Shown here: piece after piece, positions 22,103 through 33,334 of the stretch
Layout of the letters: every line of letters starts with the position of its first letter
Position numbering within the stretch: the stretch's first letter is position 1
Origin: Octopus bimaculoides
Taxonomy: Eukaryota
DNA length: 35,850 bases
Assembly: GCF_001194135.2 (NCBI RefSeq)
Contig: NC_068983.1
Span: forward strand, 79,180,334 to 79,216,183
Direction of reading: 5' to 3'
Notes under the pieces: model-generated
Told to the model about the DNA's origin: nothing
Seen by the model: the letters and a program-made list of their open reading frames with translations, nothing else
Databases searched by the model: none
Translations under genes and position numbers: made by a program

Positions 22103-22612
22103 TGGCATAATCTAACAAACAGTGACAGACTGGTCAGGTTGCCAGCTTGCCCGATGGCAAGTGGGCCCCTGCGCTATTAGAATCCATATATGAGGGCCCA
22201 TCCCCTCAAGTTTGAGAATTTTTTATTCACTCCTGGACGAATTCATTAATTATTTCAGCCTAGCTGTGTTTGTAAACAGTTGAAAAGAATACATTTAATT
22301 AAAAAAAAAAAATTAAATGATGGCATTGTAGTTGCGGATGGGCCCCCTTGGTCTCTTGACAACTAATATTGTTAGACCCAGTCCGCTACGTNNNNNNNNN
22401 NGGCCAGACGAGAAAAATTATGTGTGTATGAACGCTGTGAAGCACGAACTTGAAAGGGACAAAGTGGTGCGTGCGTAGCTCGGCGAAAGCCAAGGAAGGA
22501 AAGGATTATTGACCGGAAGCATGTGACCATGCCGGTGTAAAAGGAAGAGAGAGAGTGGTAGAGGGAGAAACAAAGGGAGGAAGTAGAAGAATAGGTGAGC
22601 AACGAGAGGAAA

Positions 22613-22730
22613 AACGAGAGGGAAAAAAGAGATACGTAGTAGTAACAGAAGATGAACGAGAGGGGTAAAGCGAGATACGTAGTAGTAAAGAGGAAGAACG
22701 AGAGGGGGAAAAAAGAAAGAGATAGAGTAG
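22613..22730. repeat. Purine-rich minisatellite, ~42-bp period, ~2.8 copies
   Basis: Units start at 22613, 22655 and 22697 with aacgagaggg...gagatacgtagtagtaa. Confidence 0.8.
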
Positions 22731-22812
22731 CGTCGGAGGATATAAGTTTACGAAAACTACTTACAGTTGGAAGACGCTGCCTTCAATCATGTAAAAACAA
22801 ATAGTAAATGAG

Positions 22813-22963
22813 TATATATATATATACGACGGACTTCTTTCAGTTTCCGTCTACCAAATCCACTCACAAGGCTTTGGTCGGCTCGAGGCTATAGAGGAAG
22901 ATACTTTCCCAAGGTGCCACGCAGTGGGACTGAACCTGGAACCGTGTGGTTGGTAACTCCTGC
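22813..22963 (-). mobile_element. Family B SINE 5' half, ending in its internal (TA)n
   Basis: Reverse complement of 21733-21870 with different internal deletions. Confidence 0.9.
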
Positions 22964-23935
22964 GCCTATATATAAATATATAAAAATTGTTATTAATTTC
23001 TATTATAAATTTAGCCTGGAAAAAAAATGCTTCTTTTTTAAAATTCTAGTTGTTATTGTTTAGTCCAATGAAGTCCGTGATCTAACTGACCTATGGGCGA
23101 AGACATTCCTATCGCGTGTCTTCATTCAGGCATTGTGAACTTCTGACCATATTGAATATGAACTTAAAAAACCGATGATGTAAGGCAGTTTTGGTTCCTA
23201 TTCTTTTATAAAGTTGATCGAACAAGTGTCGGCAACTTCGCTGGTTCTTTTAATTTTTTCTTTTTAGTTTTATTGTGACTCTCACACATCTGTTGGGTTC
23301 TTTTCCAGGGCCGCTAAGATATGTCACTTTCATTATATTTATTCTATGATACCTCTTATTTACATGCTGATGATCCCATTCTCGTTCGAGAAATCATCTC
23401 TTCGGCAGATCTCCCCACCCCCAGTTATTCTTTGAGAAATTAAGTGAGGTTACTATCATCCTTATCGTTGTGGTTGTAGTCACCATCGTCGTCATCATCA
23501 TCATGACATCGGTAGTCGATAGTCAATGATGGACTGTCCATACGATATTTCGCGAATCTTAGTATCAGAAGAGAACCGATCTCCTTGATTGGTTTCTGTC
23601 CTCAAATGTTGTCGTCCGACTGCGGTGTATCAATATCTAGTCTTTTAATATTACGTTTAGTAGCATCTTTGTTGCTCAATTGGAATCTCCTCCGATTTCT
23701 CTTACTGCTAGATAAACTTTAAGTAGATTATTCTATCGTGACAATTGAGTTTCCGCCATTCTTTGTACGTTTATAAATCAGAGAAGATTTTGTGCTGGGA
23801 AGCTTGGATGTTTCTAGTTTAAGAGTGTTGATGTCTTCGTCTAAGTGACGTTTATGATTTGTCACAAGTGTCTCATCGTGTATGCATGTAGTTATTGTCA
23901 TTATTATTTGACTGTTTTCAGTATCACATCTATAC

Positions 23936-24262
23936 CTACGATCGAAACAACAGAAGGATTAATACTGTTACTCTATAAACTTTGAACCTCATATGGACAA
24001 GCAAGAGGTTCTTGTTACGCAGTCGCTCTTTCGACTTCCCGAATGCCGACCAGGCCTTGATTATCCTGTTATCTATTCTGCAACTGAACCTACCATCGTT
24101 ATTGATCGCATAGCTCAGGTATATAAAATGGCTCCTACTCTTCAATAACAATAAATTTAGACTGTCATTATAGTTCCTGTGCAGGCTTAGTTGATAAAAG
24201 AACTTGAGCTTCTGGATGTTAATTTTCCAGCCAAACTTTGTAGCTACACCATCAACAGCCAC
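23936..24262 (-). mobile_element. Internal fragment of an RTE (BovB-like) LINE, region just C-terminal to the RT catalytic core
   Basis: KFGWKINIQKLKFFYQ...HFIYLSYAINNDG...IDNRIIKAWSAFGKSKERL...RFKVYRVTVLILLL fits the RTE pattern FGL.I...KT..MYQ / F.YLGS.I..D / I..RI.KA..AFG.L..RV / TK..VY.A.VL..LLYG. Confidence 0.85.
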
Positions 24263-25341
24263 CCACTAAGTTTTTCTTGTCCTTACTTTTGTTGAAAACA
24301 CAGCACGATCATCAAAAAAAAAAAAAAAAACTGCATTTCTCTCGCTGATATACGTATAGTCTTAGCTTTGAGATGCGACTCCTTAAAAAGTATCTGCTAT
24401 GGAATACTTCCTTGACCATCGCTGAAAAATGAAATAAAACAAACACGCAGCTCTGCTTGACCTCCACTCACTAACATCGGCGCAGAGTTACAATCCATCT
24501 GCATGATCAAATTCTTCACACCTGCGAGTAGGGGAACTCTTTGATACAAATGAACATTAAAACAGTACACAAAGTCTCCCCTTTTCTCTTTAATACATTT
24601 GTCTTGGATCTGTCCGAAGTCACAAAACCATTTTGCTTCCCACAATTTTTTATCTTTGACGAAAAGAGCCGTTGAGAACACACACACATACACTCCGTTA
24701 TTCTTGTGGCTCGCTTATTATTGTTAGTACTGTGGATGAAGTTTTTTTTCCGGAGTTGCATCTTAACAAAATAAATTATAGAGAAAGACGTTAAATATTT
24801 ATCTTTTTAAAAGGTGACACTAAGATTCGCCAAATCTTGCTTTTCAAACCAGTAGAAGAATGGAAATTAGTCATATATAAACTCGTTACAAGAATAGATA
24901 TTAGTCATATATAAGTTTGTTTGAAGAACCAGAGGTGGAATCAATAGTGGTAGTGGGCGGAGAAGCATTATCAATAAAGAATAGTTAAGCTTTAAGTTAC
25001 TTTCAATTGAAGGATTAAAAGCTAAGATTTCTATCTCTCATTAACATGTGGTAAATCTACCAATTTTGCACGTTGCTTATACGACAGACCAGGAGCAGCC
25101 TTTACACGGCATGCTCAAGCTGTTAGAAATAGCAACCAAATTTTCCCTTAAATCATACCCTATTTAATTAAAAACGGAAAGAGCGCATTTGATGCACTTG
25201 TCGTAGGTACGTAGTCTGAAAACAAGAGACGAAACGGTCATGGCTGCAACGACTGCTGAATGAGTGCTGAACTGGGGCTTACAAAATGAATGAAATTGTA
25301 CTGCAACCTTAGAGGAGTCATTGGATTACCACCATTATCAT

Positions 25342-25799
25342 TTAATCTATTGCATAAGACAGCATGGTCGAGCTTTCATATATCTGACAAATTTGTCGCC
25401 ACAAGGCATTGGCGAAAGGAAATAATTTTACCGGAAATTGAAGCTGATTTGCCAAGAGTTTACAAGGACTATAATGCGCAAAAAGAAAAAAAAAACAAGC
25501 AAAGAAAATTAATAACAGATACACTAAACATATTTCTTTATCCTGTCCCGAGTGGGTTCTTGTTGGCTGGTCTGGGGTGATGACTGGTCGAGCTGAACGA
25601 AAATGCCGTTTCTTGGGCTGTGTGGAAAGATAACTGACAACGTCCGCTAACAATTAACGGAAGATTCTATTATTATACATACAATTTAACTGTGTTGGAC
25701 TTTTACAAATAATAACAGCAATAGTTATACTAGGAGAAACATACTGCTTGAAGTTTACAGCAAGCTTACTGATACTACAATTTGTGACTGGCCCATCAT
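25342..25799 (-). CDS. Candidate two-exon small ORF (~101 aa, one hydrophobic segment), join(25799-25770, 25617-25342)
   Basis: ATGATG at 25799, phase-0 donor TCA|GTAAGC at 25770/25769, 152-nt intron, acceptor ttatctttccacacag|CCC at 25618/25617 and an in-frame ORF to TAA. TATATAAA lies upstream at 26005-25998. No homology recognised. Confidence 0.2.
25482..25776 (+). repeat. Local segmental duplication, copy 1 (~295 bp)
   Basis: About 15 differences from 26980-27273 (roughly 95% identical by eye). Same orientation, ~1.5 kb apart. Confidence 0.95.
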
Positions 25800-26979
25800 A
25801 TAACTGGAAACAATTGTGCTATATTCGTGGTAACGGAGATTCCCGTCGACTATTTGTTGTTTGTCTTAACCGTCTGGCTGTGTCGAGAATGGAGACAACG
25901 CGCAACTGTCTTGAAATTCTACATGGCAAGAAACGAGACGTGTGAATGAGTCGGTTAGTCTCAACGCTCTGCGAAGAGTTTAGGCGCCAAAAGCAGCTTT
26001 ATATAGAGTACAAAGAGAAGATTGAATCATGAGATGGCTTGACGCTGAATGACTACTTATATTGTGGTTTGTTCGTGATGGATGACCAGTCACCTAGTGA
26101 TTTGGTTTCGAATCACTGCTACAAGCCGCAACGTGTTAGTTAATCGTTGTATTTCTTTCTTGCATTCATTTCAGTCTAGTTGTTATACTTTTGCTGGGGC
26201 CGCGTCACCGTACACTAATGTTTTATGCTCATGCAAGTTCAATCATTTCCAATTACATATATCTGTTTTCCCTCTTTCACGCACTTCCTTTTGCTTTAGA
26301 CGTAAATTAGTTTGGTGATGTTATTGGCTATTTCTTTATGCTTTTACCATTAATTTCCTTATTCACCAAATCGACACCAAACGTTAGATATTTTTCTTTT
26401 CGACATTTGTTTTTCTTTTATTGTTGACACTCAAGCAAAGAATGCCGCGCGACGAGTATTCGGTCAACTGTTCACATGTTAAAGACAAACCAACGATAGT
26501 ATAACAATTTAGTAGTTCTATATGTGTATAACTACTTGAACAGGTTCTAATTAATTAACTGCAAACTTTTTTTTGTTTTCCAAAAAGCAAAAAGAAAGAA
26601 AGACTCGTTTCCTGTTGCTTGTAATCTATTTTGTTTACAAAAGTCTATGAAGTTCTTCATTTCACGTTCGTTTGGTTAAAACAAACTTAATGGATGTATT
26701 AAATAGTATTAAGTAATTATTTTTTTACAAAGATGCAAGAATTCGAATTTGTCGAAAATGAATGGGAGAATGAAACGATCATTCTTGTCTTGCTGGAGCA
26801 GATTACCAGCTTAAGTGAAATGTGCACTGAAACTGTGTCTTGGCCGAAGCTTGCCGAAAATTTACCAATACTTACTGATTACCATGCAAAAAGGTGGAAG
26901 CAAATTGTCCTAAAAATAATGGTTTCTAATTTTTGGCTCAGGATTAGCAGTTTTTTGAGGGGAGGGGAAGTCGCATATC

Positions 26980-27273
26980 AAAGAAAAAAACAAGCAAAGA
27001 AAATTAATAACAGATAAAACTAAACATATTTTTTTTATCCTGTCCCGAGTGGGTTCTTGTTGGCTGGTCTGGGGTGATGACTAGTGGAGTTGAACGAAAA
27101 TGCCGTTTCTTAGGCTGCGTGGAGAGATAACTGACAACGTCCGCTAACAATTAACGAAAGCTTTTATTATTATACATACAATTTAACTGTGTTGGACTTT
27201 TACAAATAATAACAGCAATAGTTATACTAGGAGAAACATACTGCCTGGAGTTTACGGCAAGCTTACTGATACT
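26980..27273 (+). repeat. Local segmental duplication, copy 2
   Basis: Matches 25482-25776. Its right end abuts a family A SINE. Confidence 0.95.
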
Positions 27274-27412
27274 TGACTGGTACTTATTTCGTCTCCGAAA
27301 GAATGAAAGGCAGAGTCGACCTCTGTAAAGTTTGACCCAGAACGTAAAGACGAACGAAATATCGTTAAGCACTTTGTCCGATGTGCTCGCGATTTAGCCA
27401 ATTCGCTGCCTT
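27274..27412 (-). mobile_element. Family A SINE with CpGs retained
   Basis: tgactggtacttatttcgtctccgaaagaatgaaaggcagagtcgacctc...gaacgtaaagacgaacgaaat...gctgcctt. Confidence 0.85.
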
Positions 27413-27944
27413 GATTGTCCTAATTGAAAACAATGAAAATAGATTGCGACGCAATAGAAACTGGAAGCGACGACAGTGAATCCCATTATTTCATGTAAAC
27501 AATGATTGTAATATAACTAATGTATAGAGCGTACATATATTTAATATAACTTGAAAATCTTATATAAGACAAAAATAATCACACTTCGCTGTGGTGTTCG
27601 TTACTGGGCTGGTGTACCTCAACTGCTACTTCTGGAATGCTTAACATATCACTAGAAGGTACGATTCATGTAGGTACCTGTGGGCCTGGCATAATGAGGC
27701 AGCCCTTGGTGTTCTTATGAAATTTTGGGATGTTATTGTCATCACTTTCGTTTTCTTTTGCAGTTTATTTTCACTTTTCTACGATCATACGCTGCATATT
27801 AACCTACTCATTTCTTGAGTCTGGAGCAATGTTGATGAAGTTCTTAGATGACAACGAAAGGGTTCTGGCAAACCAATTCATTGATTAACTGGACGATTAA
27901 TCAAGCAATCGATTAATTACTTGGTTAATTAGTTGACTAATTAT

Positions 27945-28365
27945 GCCTTCAAATTTTGGCCAAAGGCCACTAATTTTAGGGGTAGAAGTAGGTCGATTAC
28001 ATCGACCCCAGTGCTCAACTGGTACTTATTTTATCGACTCCGAAAGGATGTAAGCAGAGTTGAGTTTGGCAGAATTTGTTTTAGGAACATAGAATGTCAG
28101 AAGAAATACTGTTAAGAATTTTGTCCAACGCGTTATCGATTCTTGCCAGCTCACCGCCCTATGTAGCTAACCAATAATCCATTCTACTATAGGCACATTT
28201 GCGGGTAGATAGGGGGTTAGTCAGCTATATCGATCCTAATACTCAACTTGGATTTATTTTATCAACCTCGAAAAGACAAAAGACAAAGTCGACTTCGACG
28301 ACATTTGAACCCAAAACATAAAGCTCGAAGAAATGCCGCTAACGATTCTGCCAGCCCGTTGCTCT
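27945..28365 (-). mobile_element. Two tandem family A SINE copies (27945-28160 and 28180-28365)
   Basis: Each contains gtcgattacatcgaccccagt-like, aagtcgac-like and ccagctcaccgcc-like anchors. Confidence 0.85.
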
Positions 28366-30999
28366 AATTAGTTGATTAATAAAAAGTGAAGAAAAAAATG
28401 TGAGCTAGTGCGTTTGTTTTTATTGACAAAATAACACTCCTATGATCTAACAGCTGTGTTCAATACGCTTTTCATAGCAAGAATTGTGCAAAACAAATAC
28501 AAAAGCGAAAAATTTAAGCATTTAACCATAACTTGATGAGAAAGAAATTAGCAATAGAGGAAGTGAACCCTATTTAGGCTTCAACAAGATTCGAAATTGA
28601 GTCATGAACATCGGTTTACTGGGAACTTACTGTGCAGTACTTAACGATTTCATGAGCACCACTCTAAACAACAACTATAAGGATTTTTTTTTTAAATATC
28701 AGTATGTTTGCATATGGTTATATTATTGATACATATCTTATAGACCCCGCAAAAAGAAAAAGCAATATCGCCACTGGTACGATTTAAAACTAAAACCAAA
28801 TGACAAAAATAAGTGCTCAAAAGTATACATTCCGACATTACCATTTTTGCAACCCCCACCGCCTTCATAGCAACTATAATCGTGAATCAAAAAGGTTGAC
28901 GGAAAATAATTTCTTACAAGCTATTGTTAAACGGTTGTCTGAAACGGAAGCAAATTATTGTAGAATGTTCCAACAAATAAGATAAACAAGCAAACACGAC
29001 TGTTTGCATGGTTTTCTACATTCTTTAGAAATACAGAAGAGTTTTGTTTTCCTGTCTGTTTTTTTTTTTTCATTTTAGAATTTACTACTTTCTTTTCATA
29101 TGCCAAAATGTTTGTGTACAAGGGAAATAAAATTGGTTTCATGTTTTATTAATGTATGGTACAGTGCATTTGGGTATTGGGTAGGTTTGGTTTTGGAATA
29201 GATGAATGTGTAAAGAAAGGATGTGGAATTTGGGAGAAAATGGCTAACATTTAACCGTGAATTCTAGTTTTTCGGGGAAGAAGTTGCGCCTATAGCTATA
29301 AATGAGGAGAGTCTTTGTCATGGTTAAGAAAAGCTTTTTAGCACTGCGAATGAATTGTTAGTGCGGAAAACCTGTGCGGTACATATTTGCTGAGAAAAGC
29401 AACGGTTTTGGTGGGTTTTTGAAGAATTCGTTAGCAAGCGGTTTTCAATTTTAATGCAACTGGTTTCTCACCGTTGATGTATGTGATCGCTTAGCTTGTT
29501 ATAAACAGCGTCGATATCTCCTTCAAAACGCCCCTCCCAACGTCTTAAAAAAGGGAAAAAAATATTGGATAAATGTGTGTATATACATACACTAGCCTAA
29601 AAAAAATGTTGGGTTGGTGATGACTGTGTTCTGATAATTCTACTCAATCAGGGTTGACTTGAGGCTAAGTAGCAACGTTAAGCAACGCATGGAGATGACT
29701 GTCAGAAGAGAGCTAAACTAGATCAATACTCTGGGTTCAAATCTTCCCCAAGGTAAATTTTTATCTTTCATCTTTTTGGGACTTGATGCGAGGTGGCAGA
29801 GATAAAAGTAACATTTCTCAGGTTCATGTAGAATGAACCGTAAATCAGAATACTGCGCGATTTCAATTACTAGTTGGAACCTATTTACTCTATTTACGAA
29901 CAATGACCTTGAGAAATAGCATGGGAACTTTTTTGTTTTGCAAAATAAGATTCCGGCAAGTAGAGTTACAAATATGCTTTGATTTTCTGTTGTAGCCAGA
30001 AACAAGGAAACGCTATGCTTCACGTCATTAATTTAGTAGCAAATTAAAGAAAGGTCGACCGACTGTTGTCGCTGTTGCGCCAAAAAAAAAAAAAAAAAAT
30101 GGAAGCAGGGAAAAACAACCCTAGTGCTAGTTGCCTGGCTATCTGTATAACTCCCCAGCAGAGTAAAGGCACAGAAAGTGCTTGGAACTGACAATGGATG
30201 CATCAGAGTTGCTTTGGAGCTCTAGTATGCAGCTCTTACATTTAAACTTATCAAAGAATTGAGATTTATTTTACTCCAGTTAAATTTAGAACCTTTATTG
30301 GTTGCAGTGATTGTGAAGATGACTTCTGGAGGACAGTCTCAGTTTTCAGTCGACCATTTTCTTCAAAGTGTATGAGCGTCGCACCATTTACGCCTTCTTC
30401 GTTTGACTTAAACTCTTGCGGTTTAATATTTACTATTCTGTTTCTGACTGAACTCGTTGTATGTAGAGAGGCTGCTTCATGGCATTGAAAAAAGTATTGC
30501 TTTTATCGTACAATCTTATGACGCTTAAGAGCAATTAAAGATAGACCTCTGAATGTATAGATTGAAGATGTTATTTTGAAGAATGTAGCACAAATGAATC
30601 TTAGATGACCATCTTTGTGGACATAACAGTGATCATAGGAGATGTGTCCGACTTATTCGTTAGAAGTTTTTAACACATTCCAACCGCTTTTTCCTTAGAC
30701 ATGTTGTCTCCTCACTCTTTTCATGTATTTTGGTCACTGTTCGTAGACAGTAGCTGCAAGTTATGAACAGGCTCATCTCGTGCGACATTCAACCGGGTTT
30801 CTTCTATTCTCGTCTCCATCCTGTGTCCACTTTACATTATCCACTACATTAGTCCTTTCTTCTCAGAGCATCAACCATTTAGATTCCCTTTCAGCAGGCA
30901 TCGACTTGTAGTTCTTCAATAAGATCAACCTCTTGTATCCATCTCATTGATTATGGATCAAAGACAAAAACCTATTCCTCCATCGTAAATCATTAAATT

Positions 31000-31125
31000 T
31001 TTGTAATGCCACCGAGGTTAACTTTGACTTTCGTCCTTCAGTGGGTGAATAAATTACCAGTAAAGTACTGAGGTCGATAGTATCGGCTACTCCCCTCCCA
31101 CTAAAAATTGTTGGCCTTGTGCCTA
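31000..31125 (+). mobile_element. Family A SINE 3' part
   Basis: ccaccgaggttaactttgactttcgtcc...gtactgaggtcgat...ggccttgtgcctaa. Confidence 0.75.
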
Positions 31126-31247
31126 AATCAGCTATCACTGATTTAATATGAACAGACGTTTGTGATATATAAAAAAAATCTTGGCGTTTATTTGACAAAG
31201 AAAAAGTTATATATTTTTTTACCAACAAAAGGCATTTACCTGACATC

Positions 31248-31300
31248 CAGTTGGCTCGAAGTTTAAGTGTTCGGGCTTAACTTAAACTTCGAGACAATTG
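31248..31300 (+). ncRNA. Pre-miRNA-like hairpin (candidate, unvalidated)
   Basis: Perfect 14-bp core stem (31255-31268 with 31280-31293), extendable to 21 positions with one mismatch and one G-U, and an 11-nt loop. UGU at 31268-31270 and CTTC (CNNC) at 31315-31318. Confidence 0.4.
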
Positions 31301-33167
31301 AAGGTTTTCATTCACTTCACTTAGAAAATACTTTTGAGAGTAACCTGACTTCATTAGTTACTCCTCCCCTACAATAATTTCGATCTTTCGACCCACAGAT
31401 GAAACGATTTCATTTTATTTTTGTCGTTATTGTCCTAGAAACGACATCTTTATTTTTAGTCAAAAATAAATCATTATGGCTATAAAGGATTTTGAGCATT
31501 TACTCCCACCTCACCAGCGAGTTAATCTAAATTACTTGAGACATTCATAATATTGATTTCTGTTGAGCAATCACAACACTATTGTGGAGCAGAAGTTGAA
31601 ATTTATGACGTCCATGCATTTGACAAATCACATTCGCAATATATGTTTAGAAAAATCCCGTCAACCGAAGATTTGGTTAGCTAACTCAATTCTGACTCCA
31701 TGGCCTTCACTTCGTGTTTGGTAAGCAAAAATCTTTTTACATTACTTTTGTTTGACAGAACATACGGCGGCAAACAGGCTAGATTTTGTAAGTAAGCTCC
31801 CAGTGAACAGTCTTTTAATCCAGTTTAAATTATTATTTAGGACAACCAGTCGTTTGTGCTGAGTTAGGCCATTGATGGATACCACGTGCATCCATGCATG
31901 CAATTGACTTTATCGCACACAATACAAACGTGAACCTCATTTTAATTTTAATAAAAACGATGATATTTCAAATATTTGTATTTCTTTTAAAGTATGAAAT
32001 AGGTAATTTCTACTAAATACATATTTAACAAAGTTGCTATTGTTTGATGCAATACAGCTGTAACTCCACCAGATTGTTCTTGTTATACGCAGTTATAACA
32101 TGATGTTAGACGTGTCGACTGAAATGAATATTAACTACTCGTGGTGCTTTGTTGTTCGATTGTAACATTTTGTTTAAAACAAAACCAAAAAAGAAAAAAA
32201 AAACTTGGCTAGAGATATATATTTGAAGAATTTTTTTTTTTTTTTTTTTCAGAAAATTAAATGACACTCTAGTTAGTATTGTGTACTGTTTGTCTGGTTT
32301 CTGTTCTTTTGAGTTTACGGCCATAATGTGAAAGGTCGCCAAAACGATTTAGTAGGAAGACAACCAAAGTTGACTCCCAGTGGGATATGAATCACTGCTA
32401 CTGAATCAAAATTATACAATACATTTGTTTTGGCGCTTTTCTTTACTTCACTAATCATCTCTGTATCGGTCCAATTTTAGTTATCTGTATTGCTGAAGCA
32501 GTGTGTAATGTGGCTTTCATATCTAACTCAGTGAAGTATTATTTGAAGGAGATTAGTTTGCTAGTTCTTGCAGGTCGAGAGATACTTATCCATTATTTTG
32601 GCTGCATGAAGGTTACATTTTATTGTTTCTTTCCTGAACGTCGAGAAAAATGCTTTGCAGTTTTACTATGTTATAACTACGCGGATTTTGGTTAAATAAG
32701 TCTTGGTATGATGTTAAGATTGCGTGCTGTACCGTAACAAAACCAACTTATACGTTGTTTGAATAACATTTAAGTATATCACAACATTTATATAATTACA
32801 GTGATTTACCAACGGTATATTGTGGTATGTTAGAAGCAAGTGTAGTTCATAGTTACATCAAAGGCCATGTTCTAAAGTCAAGGAGGAGGCGAACACATAA
32901 AGAAAAAAAGGGCGCGTGACGCATAGCAAACAATTTTTAACTTATTTCTCTTATATTACGCAAAATATTTCATTAGTTACAATATATGTAATTGTATTCT
33001 ACGTTCATTAATTTCATGTTCCAGTAACAATGTCATCTTATGCGAAACTTACAGCTACTGATATAAGTAACTAAAGAGTTAGAACAAATTGTTGAAAAGG
33101 CGCTAATTTAAAAAAATGTGCTCGTGGTGTGCAGTCGCTGTTTTATTAGTTACGCCACTGAGTTACA

Positions 33168-33334
33168 TTAATAAGTTTCGCGTGAGATGGGAAAATATTG
33201 TTCTTCGTAGTCGACGATTCCTTTAACCCAGAGTTGAGCTGCAGCAAGGGCTTGTCGTCTGTGCATTTTATGTGCATTTCTGATGCGTTTACCAACATTA
33301 TTGCTTATATAATTTATGCGGAAACTTCTGAAAC
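33168..33334 (-). CDS. Candidate terminal exon, unknown product (FRSFRINYISNNVGKRIRNAHKMHRRQALAAAQLWVKGIVDYEEQYFPISRETY*)
   Basis: Acceptor ttttatacattgttctatcag|GT at 33335/33334. The frame is open stop-to-stop from 33371 to 33168, with mixed, protein-like composition in non-repetitive DNA. Confidence 0.25.

Noticed and set aside
22126-22385. Possible MITE with cagactgg/ccagtccg ends and internal GGGCCC motifs
   Set aside because: The TIR match is only ~8 bp and the right flank runs into a gap, so no TSD can be verified.
25577-25637. C/D-box snoRNA-like GTGATGA...CTGA...CTGA inside the duplicated segment
   Set aside because: Only 61 nt, with 7-9-nt putative guides and no terminal stem. The D'-like CTGA is mutated to TTGA in the second copy.
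29718-30023. 101-aa minus-strand ORF
   Set aside because: No motifs. Its C-terminus (WGRFEPRV) derives from a SINE-like gatttgaacccag sequence.
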